From NCBI GenBank assembly GCA_021613535.1, contig CP075492.1, positions 1,612,001 through 1,676,000 on the forward strand: 64,000 bases of DNA, written 5' to 3'. Position 1 is the first letter of the stretch. Every line of letters starts with the position of its first letter. The position numbers and the translations under genes were made by a program. Positions 1-13,000 of this stretch are shown here, in pieces. Under the pieces are notes generated by a model. That model ran no database searches. It saw only the letters and a list, made by a program, of their open reading frames with translations, and was not told where the DNA came from. Source of the stretch: Adineta vaga (lineage: Eukaryota > Animalia > Rotifera).

Positions 1-1016
1 TTTCTTTGATGGTGCATCAACATCAATCTTTATTCGTGATCTTTCTCTTGCTTATCAAGACGATAGTTCGCTTTTTGTTGATGTCAATTCATTTCAATAT
101 ATTGATTATTCTATTCATGAACATATTATGGCTATGACATTAGCTCGTGAATTTTGGTTTGCTCAACTTCATGGATGTGATCTTCAACATTCATTATCAT
201 TACCATATGATCGATCTCATTCATCAAACCACCACCGATCTGGCTTAGCTTCTACAACTCAAATAACATTAAATGAGTCTGTATGTACATCATTTCTACA
301 TTATGCATCATCACATCATCTAACACTTTTTCAACTTGGACTATCGATATTCTATGTATTTCTATTCAAATTAACTCACAATGACACTGATTTGTGTGTT
401 GGTACTATCAATGCCAATCGATATCGATCTGAATTATATAATATGATAGGAATGTTTGTAGCAACATTACCATATCATATTCACCTCGATGCAGATTGGT
501 CATTTGATGAACTTGTTCATCATGTAAGAGAAATGTGTGTATCAATTCTTGAACATTCTCATTATCCACTTCAACACATTCTCAATGACTTTCATCTCAA
601 TCAATCTAATCTTAGATTTCTGGAAACAATGTTCGATTTTATCACTTTGTCCGAAAATGAGACGTACTTATCGATGAATGATACAAGATTAGAAGAAGTA
701 TCATTAGATCAATCATATGAAGTTAGTAAATTTGATTTCATGTTATCATTTGTTTATAATCCAACGTTAGAAAATAATACCAGATTGTCATTCAATTTTA
801 TATGTTCTCATGATTTATTCGATGAGAAAACTGTTGCAAGTATAGCTGAACGATTTTCGTATTGTATGGAACAATTGTTGTTTCGATCGAATGAAATAGT
901 GGATGAAGTGAAGACCTGTGTGACCACTGTACCGAAAGTTAACCTAATATTACCGAAGGAAGGAAATGAAATCAATGATGTTATATTTCAGCGACAATCA
1001 AATATCACAAATGAAG
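1..1016 (+). CDS. NRPS exon: 3' part of a post-T condensation domain belonging to an upstream module
   Basis: Near-identical to the C domains at 15499-16998 and 32452-33951. Starts inside the FFDG motif and ends at donor GAA G|GTAGG. Confidence 0.9.
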
Positions 1017-4000
1017 GTAGGTTTATCTTCTAATAAAAAATTTGTCGTTGGTGTTAAAGTTGCATATTAGGATTAATATCTGATATAAGTCTGTTGTGCA
1101 GACGCCAAGTAGCATTGCTACGATTTGCATATACGACTAGTGTTCGCATGCTTTTTCCTTGTAGAAGCAGCGGCATCTGCAAAGTTACTGTACAATATGT
1201 TGGTTAGCATTTTAGGAAATGCGTTGGTATGAAAATTGTGAGAAGTACCTCATTCAAGAGAAATGTTTCGTTCTTGATTTTTTTTGAAATTTATTTCTTG
1301 AATTTTGACATCGGAGTTCGAACACAGTATCTTGTCGATTTATGTGGAGTAGCATAGGAACTTGGCCGTTACACGTATGAAAGACGAATGGTTAATGTTC
1401 ATTTGATCAGTTTGCCGTCGCCAAAAAAAGAAACATTCTGTTGCTTTACTTTGTGGTAGAGAACGTAATATCTCAAAATTGCACGTTCACCAGTAGTATG
1501 TTTCGTGCATTTACTGTTTAGGGGAAATAAATAAAGTGATAATTGGAGAGACAGATCTAAAGAGGGGCTTGATTTAATTTTTTCGCTACAATAACTGAAA
1601 CAAAAATAGTAACTCCTTAACGTCGAATTCAGTGTGTACCCTTATGACAGTTCTAAAGAGTAATCGTGTTTAATATTGCAATCACTCCAGCATAATTTAA
1701 AACGGTTTCTCACGTAATTTCGCCGTGTTTTAAGAGCAGTCACACTCTTCAATTTTTTTATTCCCAACTCATTTTCGAAAACAAAAGTTAGCCATCACTC
1801 GCACGAGCACTGAATTTTTAATCATAAGGAGAAAAGACAAGGAAAACGGCTAGTAGGCGAAATGTTACATCATCCCGATCTAAATCATTGATACTTCTAC
1901 TGTAGCACCAGCATCGTATGCACAAACTCGCATTTGGCTTGATGAACAAATGCGATTTGATCCTGATCATCCGCAAGTTGCAATCTATAACATGCCTTTC
2001 GTTTATCACCTTTCCTCACACAATACTATATCAGTGAAACAACTACAACATGCACTTTATCTCACTGTCAACAAACACCTTTCACTTCACACAGCATTCA
2101 TTTTCGACAAGGATACGAATATATTGATGCAACGAATTGTGGAAATTAATAACAATCACATGACTTTATTTGCATTTACTGAGAGCACTTATCAAACACA
2201 AGAACAACTCAACAATATCATACAAGAAGAGAAAAGAAATCCTCAACTTTTTAATCTTGCTCAAGGTCTTGTCTTTCGATGTCATCTTGTTTATTACAAA
2301 CAAATCTCTTCCGAAAAGCTACTCTCAGAAAAAGATATAATCATCTTCAATTTTCATCATGCAGCATTTGATTTTCCATCAATGCAGATATTTCTTCATG
2401 ATCTTAATCAAGCATATAGGACAGATGAATTACGCAACGACAATCACGAAACGGATTTACGTTATCTTGATTGTAAATATACACACTTATTACACTTTTC
2501 TCTTTATCATATGTCACTTGTCATCATTTTCTAGATGTTGCCATCGAACAACAAATGTCAATGACTGGTGCGCAAATGTTTTGGCTTGATACTCTACATA
2601 ATAGTAGACTTGATCAATCTCTTTCATTACCATACGATCGATATCGTCTTGCAAATGAACATCGAACTGGTCGTGGAACATCGATTTCTTTTGATTTTGG
2701 ACAAGATCTTTCACATTACTTTCTTTCGTATGCATCGACAAATAACATGTCACTTGAATATTTGTCACTCATCACTTACTTCATCTTCTTATTCAAATTA
2801 ACCAACGGAGAAAAAGATCTATGTATTGGAATGAATACACATGGACGATATCGAGATGAACTTCGATCGATCATTGGAATGTTTGCCAATGCTATTCCTC
2901 TTCGATATCAACTTGATCCTCACTCATCCTTTCATAAAGTCACTGAAGAAATGCGATCAGTGATCAGCAATACTATGAAATATTCATATTTTCCACTTCA
3001 GCGTATTCTTGCTCAACATCCTCATCTATCAAATCCTGCATTTCTTGATACATCATTCGACTTTACATCATCTATGACAAAGGCTGATGAAAACAAAATA
3101 ATGCTTGGTGATAATGCACTTATTCTAGCACCATATTCGATTGAGATTAGTGAAGATGAAATCATGAGTGAATTTGATTTTATTGTCACTTTCCATCATA
3201 CTTTGGATCTTAATGAACTCTCATGTTCAATCAATGCATCATTCGATTTATTTCACATAGAAACTGTTAATAAGATTACACAACAGCTTCATTCGATGTT
3301 ATATCAATTATCGACATCTGGTCATAGTCAATTGACGAAACCACTCTATGAATTGTCATTAACATTACCAAATGAACAATTACTTCTACAATCAATGAAT
3401 AATACAGAAATATCATTTCCGTCTGCCAAATGTATTCATCATGAGTTTGTTTCTAAAGCAATGAAATATTCACAAAAGCTTGCTGTTGAATTAGATGATC
3501 AATCGTTGACATATTGTGAGCTGTTGTATTATGTTCAGGTATTATCTTTGACTTTATTGAATAACTATTGTATAAAAGTTGGTGAAATCATTTGCCAATG
3601 TGTCGAAAGAAGTATATCAATGGTAAGTTGATGAATGAGAAACTTATCTCTTGATATATTCATGGGAAATCGTTCTTCACTCTAGGTGATTGGCATAATG
3701 GGAATTCTGATGGCTGGTGGTGCATATTGTCCACTATCACCTCGAGATCCAAAAGATCGTTTACATGCACTTATGCAACAAACTCAAAGTCATTTTGTAG
3801 TTGTACACTGGTTAACAAAGTATAAAGTAGATGAGGGAAATGTATAGTCAATATTGATTCAGTATTGATCAATAATGACATTCAGAATGGTATAAATGTT
3901 GATCAATTGGCAAAAGTCATGGTGACATCAGAAGATATTGCATACATAATTTTTACAAGCGGCTCGACGGGAGCACCAAAAGGGGTACGTAATTGTGAAA

Positions 4001-7000
4001 ACTGTAGTTGACTATAGGAATAGTTTCTTTTGTACCGAATTCCAGGTTCAAATCCGGCATGCTAATTTCATCGATTTTATCTACTCTTGGATAAATATTG
4101 GTATCACGAAAGTCACTGATACAATATTGCAATTTGGTCGGTGTTCTTTTGATGGTCATTTGTTAGATATAATGGGAGGATTTATGGTTGGAGCCAGTTT
4201 GGTTATATTACATCCACGAGGAGTTTTAGATTTTGTTTATATCGCGCACACCTTGAAGCGAAAATACATAAGCTCGTTTGTTGGTGTTCCTACCGTGATT
4301 TATAATGTCATCCATTTCCTACAACGAATAAATGACCTCCCTGCTTTGGATTGCTTTCGATTACTTGGTTGCTGTGGTATTGATTTTGAATTTTTTTTGT
4401 AAAACTTCGTTTGTCAATTTATTTCTATTGTAGGTGAGCCGTTTTCTGTACCACTGATGAAGCTATTACCAAGTGCTTTAAGAAACACATGTAACATATG
4501 GAATTTATATGGTCCAGCAGAGGCAACCATTGGTTGTACTGTTCATCTTTTGGAGCATAACATGCACCATGAAAATATTCCAATCGGACATCCGCTACCA
4601 AACTATCGTCATCTAATTGTGGATGAATATTTGCAGAGTGTATTGATAAACCAAGAAGGGGAGCTACTTGTTGGAGGAGTAGGCGTCTTTGCTGGTTATC
4701 TTGGCCGTGACGATTTAACATCGAAAGGGATGGTTTATATCAATGATGTGTTGTTTTATCGAACTGGTGATCTTGTCAAGATAGATCATCATAATCTTAT
4801 TCGATATCAAGGAAGAAAAGATTTTCAAATCAAATTACATGGACAAAGAATTGAACTTGGTGAAATTGAACGATGTCTACTGAGTATATCGTCCATCTCA
4901 GCTTGTGTTGTCATCAAATGTGGTGAAGATCATCTTGTTGCTTATGTTCAAAGTTCAGTCATAAATGAAAAGGAATTACGTGACTATTGTCAATCACATC
5001 TTCCACCACATATGATTCCATCTCGCTTCATTATTCTTGATAAGTTACCTCTAAATGCAAATGGAAAAGTTGATCGAAAACGTCTTCCAGCACCTGACTT
5101 CATTTCTCTCTCTTCAATAAATCTCAACGATGTTAACCGATTGTTAGAACCAACAAGTGAAATTGAATCTATCATCCATCGCATATGGTGTGATCTATTG
5201 AAACAAAAACAAATCTCTATAAATACAAACATATTCACTATTGGTGGTCATTCATTAATTATCATGCAACTTCTGCATCGATATAAAGTAGAATTTCGAT
5301 TAGAAATAATCTCAATTGCCATTAGTGATCTATTTCAACATCCAACAATCATTGATCATGCACAACTTATCTATCAGATTGTGCATTCTAAATTGAATAA
5401 AGATGATTATTGTTGGCATTCATTAAATATCCTCACAGGTAAAGGTATCCTTTGAAAAAGAGTCTAATAATCACATTCTATTTCTTATTTTAGCTAAGGC
5501 ATCCTTTGCCCAAGAACGCATTTTCTTAGATGAAAACATTCGCTTTTGTGCTTCTGCAGTAGATGATATTACAAACATGTATGTTATTCCATTAATATAT
5601 CGTGTTTCATCGCTAAATATTCATCATATATCAATTTCACGATTATATCATGCATATCAATGTATCATTAGAAAACATAAGATTCTTCGAACAGCACTTT
5701 ACCTTGATCGAAATGGTGTCATTGTACAAGACTGTCGAAAATACGAATTACTCGCACAATGATATCGAAACATATGCTTTTTCAATAGTGAATGTCTCCA
5801 AAGAAGATCACGATAAGAGTGAAGCTGTGAAGAGAATCTTGAATAAATCTGATTTATTTGATTTATCAAAAGGACATGTCATTAATTGTCACATTCTTCG
5901 TTCTCAGAATAGTTCAAATGGAAATGATGATGACATGTTGACTAGAGATGATTTGATATTATTTACTATACATCATGCTTTCTTTGATGGTGCATCAACA
6001 TCAATCTTTATTCGTGATCTTTCTCTTGCTTATCAAGACGATAGTTCGCTTTTTGTTGATGTCAATTCATTTCAATATATTGATTATTCTATTCATGAAC
6101 ATATTATGGCTATGACATTAGCTCGTGAATTTTGGTTTGCTCAACTTCATGGATGTGATCTTCAACATTCATTATCATTACCATATGATCGATCTCATTC
6201 ATCAAACCGCCACCGATCTGGCTTAGCTTCTACAACTCAAATAACATTAAATGATTCGGTATGTACATCATTTCTACATTATGCATCATCACATCATCTG
6301 ACACTTTTTCAACTTGGACTATCGATATTTTATGTATTTCTATTCAAATTATCTCACAATGACACTGATTTGTGTGTTGGCACTATCAATGCCAATCGAT
6401 ATCGATCTGAATTATATAATATGATAGGAATGTTTGTAGCAACATTACCATATCATATTCAACTCAATGCAGATTGGTCATTTGATGAACTTGTTCATCA
6501 TGTAAGAGAAATGTGTGTATCAATTCTTGAACATTCTCATTATCCACTTCAACACATTCTCAATGACTTTCATCTCAATCAATCTAATCTTAGATTTCTG
6601 GAAACAATCTTCGATTTTATCACTTTGTCCGAAAATGAGACGTACTTATCGATGAATGATACAAGATTAGAAGAAGTATCATTAGATCAATCATATGAAG
6701 TTAGTAAATTTGATTTCATGTTATCATTTGTTTATAATCCAACGTTAGAAAATAATACCAGATTGTCATTCAATTTGATATGTTCTCATGATTTATTTGA
6801 TGAGAAATCTGTCGCAACTATAGCCGAACGATTTTCGTATTGTATGGAACAATTGTTGTTTCGATCGAATGAAACAGTGGATGAAGTGAAGACCTGTGTG
6901 AACACTGTATCGAAAGTTAACCTAATATTACCGAAGGAAGGAAATGAAATCAATGATGTTATACTTCAGCGACAATTCAACAACTTCGATGAAGGTAGGT

Positions 7001-10000
7001 TTTCTAGTTTCCGCTGTTTTCCGTTGTTAAGGTTTACTCAAAAAGATTCTTGAAAACGTTGGGTAATCTGTGACTATACATTCTAAAAAAGTTTACATTC
7101 TACAGAAGCTTGAAAAGACTGCGTAGGTGTCAAAAAGCTTCTTAAAGCATTGAAGTGCCAAAAGAAACAGCCATTGAATTTTGCATGGGATGGAGAATAT
7201 GATTTTGTAACAGAATCATTATCATTAATAACAAATTAAGTTGCAGAAAAGTATAATTCGAAGAAAACCACTAATCGAGCGGCATAGCGGTATAAGGATA
7301 TATTCTAGTAGTATGGTGATTTTGCGGTATACCTATGTACAGTAATACAGCAATACTACTATAGCATATCAGGGTGCCATTATGTAATTGTAGAACTGGA
7401 TGGTGCACATGGTTAGATAGTTTACTTCTGAAAGCAATTTTGAAGGAGATTCTAGAGAAAAATAGAAATAGATTTCAATTGACTACAAATTCACGTATTC
7501 CATGAATTATAAATCTGCGAACATTCAAGTTTTTGGATTGTGTTCAAAATAAGAATTATCGTACATGAAACCTTTTAAAATTAAGTAGAGTAAAAAAGAA
7601 GGTTCCGTAGGAGAATATGCATTCTTGAAAGCTCTTTATGAGTGCTAATGGTTGCCAGCAAAATTGCATCGATTTAGCGGGCGTTTTGTACAAAAGTTTT
7701 GAACTTAACCCTTCCACATTAAAACTATTATTTCTGAGACGTTTTAGTTAACTTTCAAATTAAATACGAAGATAGAGAAAGCAATTGAAAAGAAGATATA
7801 TGAAGACAATATTTATAAGTATTCAGCTCACAAGATTTTATAAAATTCTTCAGTATCTTGATGCAGAAGAATTCATATTATTTCATAAAAATTGAATTAT
7901 TCAACGTGTGCAGCTTTTTGATGCTACGGGACTGAAAGGATTCATGGAAAATTTCGAAGGTTGCGTATTCTCATACACCGTATTTGTGAGGGCTCTCGTA
8001 CTATATGGATCTACTTTAGAGTTTACATTGTTCTATAGAGACCGTAATAGGTAACATTTGTTTGATTAATTTGAGGGTATCTGAAAAAGAAAGCTCATCT
8101 AGTTGTACGTACTACTTTACAGAGAAACTATTATATTTCACTTCGTTTACCTCCATGATATATTTAATTCTTTTATTCTCTGACATAACGAGTATAAAAA
8201 AACTAACATAACTACAGCTTTAATGTGAGTGAAAAATTTAACATTCTCCGTGAAAAAGAGATATAAGATTATTCTACGTTCTCAAAATCTAACACGTGTT
8301 AAACATATTTCTGCGTTATTGATGAATCAATGAATAATTACAAAAGGAAACGCCAACTATTTAATGACGACTTACGAGGAACACTATTTAGGTGTAACAA
8401 GCCGATTTCATTCATTCATATGGCATTTGATAGACTATAGTGGGGTAGTCAAAACCTAAAAATATTAGCTGCCACCTCCCGCTCGTTGAGTCGTAATACG
8501 CATATTTCTCTCAAATTTTTCGATTACAAATAAACATAAAAAAATGCCTAATTCGATTTAGGAGATGTTTTAACCTATATAAATCTTCATTAAATGTGGT
8601 TATATAACCTTTTTTTTCTCTTCTCAATCATATGTGGGATGTTTCTCTTCCCTTCTCAGTCATATATGTACATGTATATATCACACAATACGTTTTTTCG
8701 AAAAATATGAAGAAAAGATGATATAATCGGTTCTTTCTTAAAGTTTAATGAAAATGATACTTTTCAAAAAAATGTTCAAAACATAAAACATCATCACAAT
8801 ATGCGCAAGTAATGAATGGAGTCGGATCTATACAGCTTTGTGAGTGGCAGTGATTGTCGATGAATGAAAAACAGGTTTCTTTGACATTTTTAAAAACACC
8901 TGGACTGATTGTCGAATAACCAGACTGGTACCACGAGTATTGAATCATTGCATGGAACTTTGGCGACGATAACTGATTAAAAACGAGTGAGTTGAGTTTG
9001 ATAATGTTATTTCGTTGCGCCAAATTAATATCCATACCATACAAACGTACATGATGATACATTTTACGAACTAAATACTTATATTGCCGATTGTAATACA
9101 CATCACATGGCTGTATCATTGCTGTTGTTTTCTTTGGAATCTCTAAACGTTTTAAATACTTCAGATCGGCATATAATGTTTCATCACGTTGACCACCCCA
9201 ATAATCGGAAAGAAGAAGACATTTTTTATCTCCGATAGTTGGTTTGAGCACATTGTCGATCCAATATTTGACTAGACTAGTAGTAAGTTTCCCTGACTTG
9301 GAACAGGTAATTGCAATGTTGGAAGCAGTAAAAAGATTTTTTTTAATATTTTCACTTAAATGTCCACTGCCTTCTTTTAAACAGAGAAAAAGAGGGCCAA
9401 TATGACGACCAGACATAGAGATCATCGGTTGAACTGTATAACTATGAGTCGTGTTGTTGATAGATTGAACTTTGCCTAAAGTGAGATGCTCACCTTCAAA
9501 GCTCAATGTACGATTAGAGAATAATTCCAACTGAAGACCCGATTGATCGGTATTGAAAACATTGACTAGGTTGTATTTTGGGTATGATCTTCTGCACCTT
9601 TGCCACGAACTGATCAGCTGATTGTTTGATATCTTCATCATTATCGACCTGTCTTTTTGTCACAAGCTTCGTAATTTTTCTACCACATATATGATGACGT
9701 CGCTTGAACTGGTGAAGCCAAAAGTCAGTTGCAGCAAATGTTGTGTCATTAATTTCTCTCGCTTTCTTCATTGCCCAATGTTTTAAATCGATTTCATGCA
9801 CCGATAAAAGCTGTGCTCTTGCTTTTTCAAAACAACTGAAGGTGAAACTATCAATTTCTTCAAGTTTTTGCTTTTTTGTTCCACCAGCAGCAATATATTT
9901 GCGAAAACGTTCGATATAATTTCGGGATTTGACTGATCTAAAGCTATGTTGGAGCGCGCGCCAGCTGTGTCTCTTTTTACCTGTTCGAGGATTGACTTCA

Positions 10001-13000
10001 TCATAATAAAAAATGACTTTCTTCATGTACTCTATGGAAAATTGATTGAGTAAACTCTTGTCATCATCATCATTTTCTTCTTCGTTATAATCACTATCGT
10101 GAGAATCGTCTTCATCTGAATCGCTGTCATCATCTTCACCAAACTGATCAATAATGAAGGAGTAGTCGAGGGTATCTTGATGTTCGAAATGGTACTCTGT
10201 GCTATTTAAAATTGAGAGAAGAGTTTCGAATAATTGTTTTGCTACGTCTTCATCGCGAACAGTTGGATCAGTTGAACGGACGATCGAACGAGGAAGTTTA
10301 AGTATATATTTTGACAATAATCGTACAACGTGTTGTGGATTGATCATGCCTGATTGTGAGCGTGTAATTCAACGAGAATAGATAAGATAAGTGATAAGTG
10401 AATCGAATCGAATGATTTATTGTAGAAAATCAGGAGTATAAATAGCACGAACGACAAAGGTGAAGAGATGATTTTACATAACAAAGACAGAGATGATGAA
10501 ATTGAACTGAAAAATGGTAAAAGATGATGAAACTAGGCTGAACAATGGTAAAAGATGATGAAACTAGGCTGAACAATGGTAAAAGATGATGACATGAATA
10601 TGAACAAAGAGAAGTGATGATGAAATGTAGAACATACGTTATCATATGTTCACGAGTGCAGAAAAATATTCGTCATATATACATGTACATATATGACTGA
10701 GAAGGAAAGAGAAACATCCCACATATGATTGAGAAGAGAAAAAAAAGGTTATATAACCACATTTAATGAAGATTTATATAGGTTAAAACATCTCCTAAAT
10801 CGAATTAGGCATTTTTTTATGTTTATTTGTAATCGAAAAATTTGAGAGAAATATGCGTATTACGACTCAACGAGCGGGAGGTGGCAGCTAATATTTTTAG
10901 GTTTTGACTACCCCACTATAGTCTATCAAATGCCATATGAATGAATGAAATCGGCTTGTTACACCTAAATAGTGTTCCTCGTTAGATGCGTTATTTTCTA
11001 ATAGTTGTAAAGGATAAACTCGTGAAATGTTTGATTTTTTTGACAACGTTTTGAATCAATCAGACTTGCGTAACATATAATCAAGCAACAGAAGAATATC
11101 CAAAGGCATGATTATAGTCTAAGGTGATTAGTAATGGAGTTATACACATGGATGTTGTGTGTGTGATCACATTTATTCCTTAATTTTGAACTTTCGCGAA
11201 TAAATGCACTCAAGTACTTGATTTTACAGTAAAATAAAGGTTCAGTGTAGTGCATGACTTCGTAAAAGCGATATTGTTAGATTATCGATAATGCAGTCGA
11301 TTATTATAGTTTTACTATGATTCGTACGATAAAAATTATGAGAGACTGTGACAAACAGCGAATCAAAAAAACAAATCCACTTTCGATAATCTTTGTGACA
11401 CGGATCTCTTATAAATCTTTGTCAGCAAAAACTTACCTGATAATGATCGAATATTAAAATATCTACTACAATAATAAAACCTTCACTACAAGATCAATAA
11501 CGAGAATTTTTCTTTATCCACAACAGTGTATCAATAAAACAGGTCCAGCGTTCTTATAATAACTTTCATCAATTTTCTAAACTCAGTAAAGAGTGTGCCC
11601 TGTGGTCTACTGTTCTCTAATTCGGAGCACATCTACAATCTCTTCCAAAATTCAGTGAAGCGAGCTCAAAATATCCTGAGCGTTAAATGTTTCACATCTC
11701 CCGTGAATTCAGATTTGACTTTTTATTCGATTCTTTTCGAACGACTCACCTTTCAAATAGGCGCTTACCTATCACTGACAAGAGTACTAGATCTACTGTA
11801 CGGGAGAAAGACAGAATATACATGAACTTAACAGTAGGCAGAATGCTACGTCGTGTTCTCGACGCCATTCATACTTCTATGGTTACAACAAATATCCTAC
11901 AATGATTGTAGCACCAGCATCGTATGCACAAGCTCGCATTTGGGTTGATGAACAAATGCGATTTGATCCTGATCATCCACAAGTTGCAATCTATAACATG
12001 CCTTTCGTTTATCACTTCTCGCCGAATAATACCATATCAATCAAACAACTACAACATGCACTTTATCTCACTGTCAACAAACACCTTTCACTTCATACAG
12101 CATTCATCTTCGACAAGAATAAGAATATATTGATGCAACGAATTGTGGAAATTAATAACAATCACATGACATTATTTACATTTACTGAGAGCACTTATCA
12201 AACACAAGAACAACTCAACAATATCATACAAGAAGAGAAAAGAAATCCTCAACTTTTTAATCTTGCTCAAGGTCTGGTCTTTCGATGTCATCTTGTTTAT
12301 TACAAACAAATCTCTTCCGAAAAGCTACTCTCAGAGAAAGATATCATCATCTTCAATTTTCATCATGCAGCATTTGATTTTCCATCAATGCAAATATTTC
12401 TTCATGATCTTAATCAAGCATATATAACAGGCCAATTACTTGACGACAACAACGATAAAACCAATCTTCGTTATCTTGATTGTAAATATACACACTTATT
12501 GCACTTTTCTCTTTATCATATATCACTTGTCATCATTTTCTAGATGCTGCCATCGAACAACAAATGTCAATGACTGGTGCACAAATGTTTTGGCTTGATA
12601 CTCTACATAATAGTAAACTTGATCAATTACTACCATTACCATACGACCGATATCGTCTTGCAAATGAACATCGAACTGGTCGTGGAACATCGATTTCTTT
12701 TGATTTTGGACAAGATCTTTCACATTACTTTCTTTCGTATGCATCGACAAATAACATGTCACTTGAATATTTGTCACTCATCACTTACTTCATCTTCTTA
12801 TTCAAATTAACTAATGGAGAAAAAGACCTATGTATTGGAATGAACACAGAGGGACGTTATCGAGATGAATTTAGATCTATCATTGGAATGTTTGTCAATG
12901 CTATTCCTCTTCGATATCAACTTGATCCTCACTCATCCTTTCATAAATTCACTGAAGAAATGCGAGTGTTGATCACAAATACTAAGAAATATTCATATTT

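Larger units (their letters stand above)
8375..10981 (-). mobile_element. Tc4/Tc5-like (pogo-related DDE) DNA transposon with 307-bp terminal inverted repeats
   Basis: TIRs at 8375-8681 and 10675-10981 (one mismatch seen). Flanked by TTA on both sides within c-TTA-g, i.e. a CTNAG target. Encodes a transposase. Confidence 0.92.

Noticed and set aside
9570-9585. Programmed ribosomal frameshift in the transposase
   Set aside because: There is no clear slippery heptamer or stimulatory structure. A 1-nt homopolymer indel (error or mutation) is simpler.
10513-10591. 31-bp repeats as a possible CRISPR-like array
   Set aside because: They are head-to-tail tandem copies without spacers, inside a transposon, with no cas genes.
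8372-10984. PIF/Harbinger assignment based on the TTA target duplication
   Set aside because: The transposase is HTH plus DDE_1 (pogo/Tc5-like), there is no second Myb-like ORF, and long TIRs with a CTNAG target fit Tc4/Tc5.
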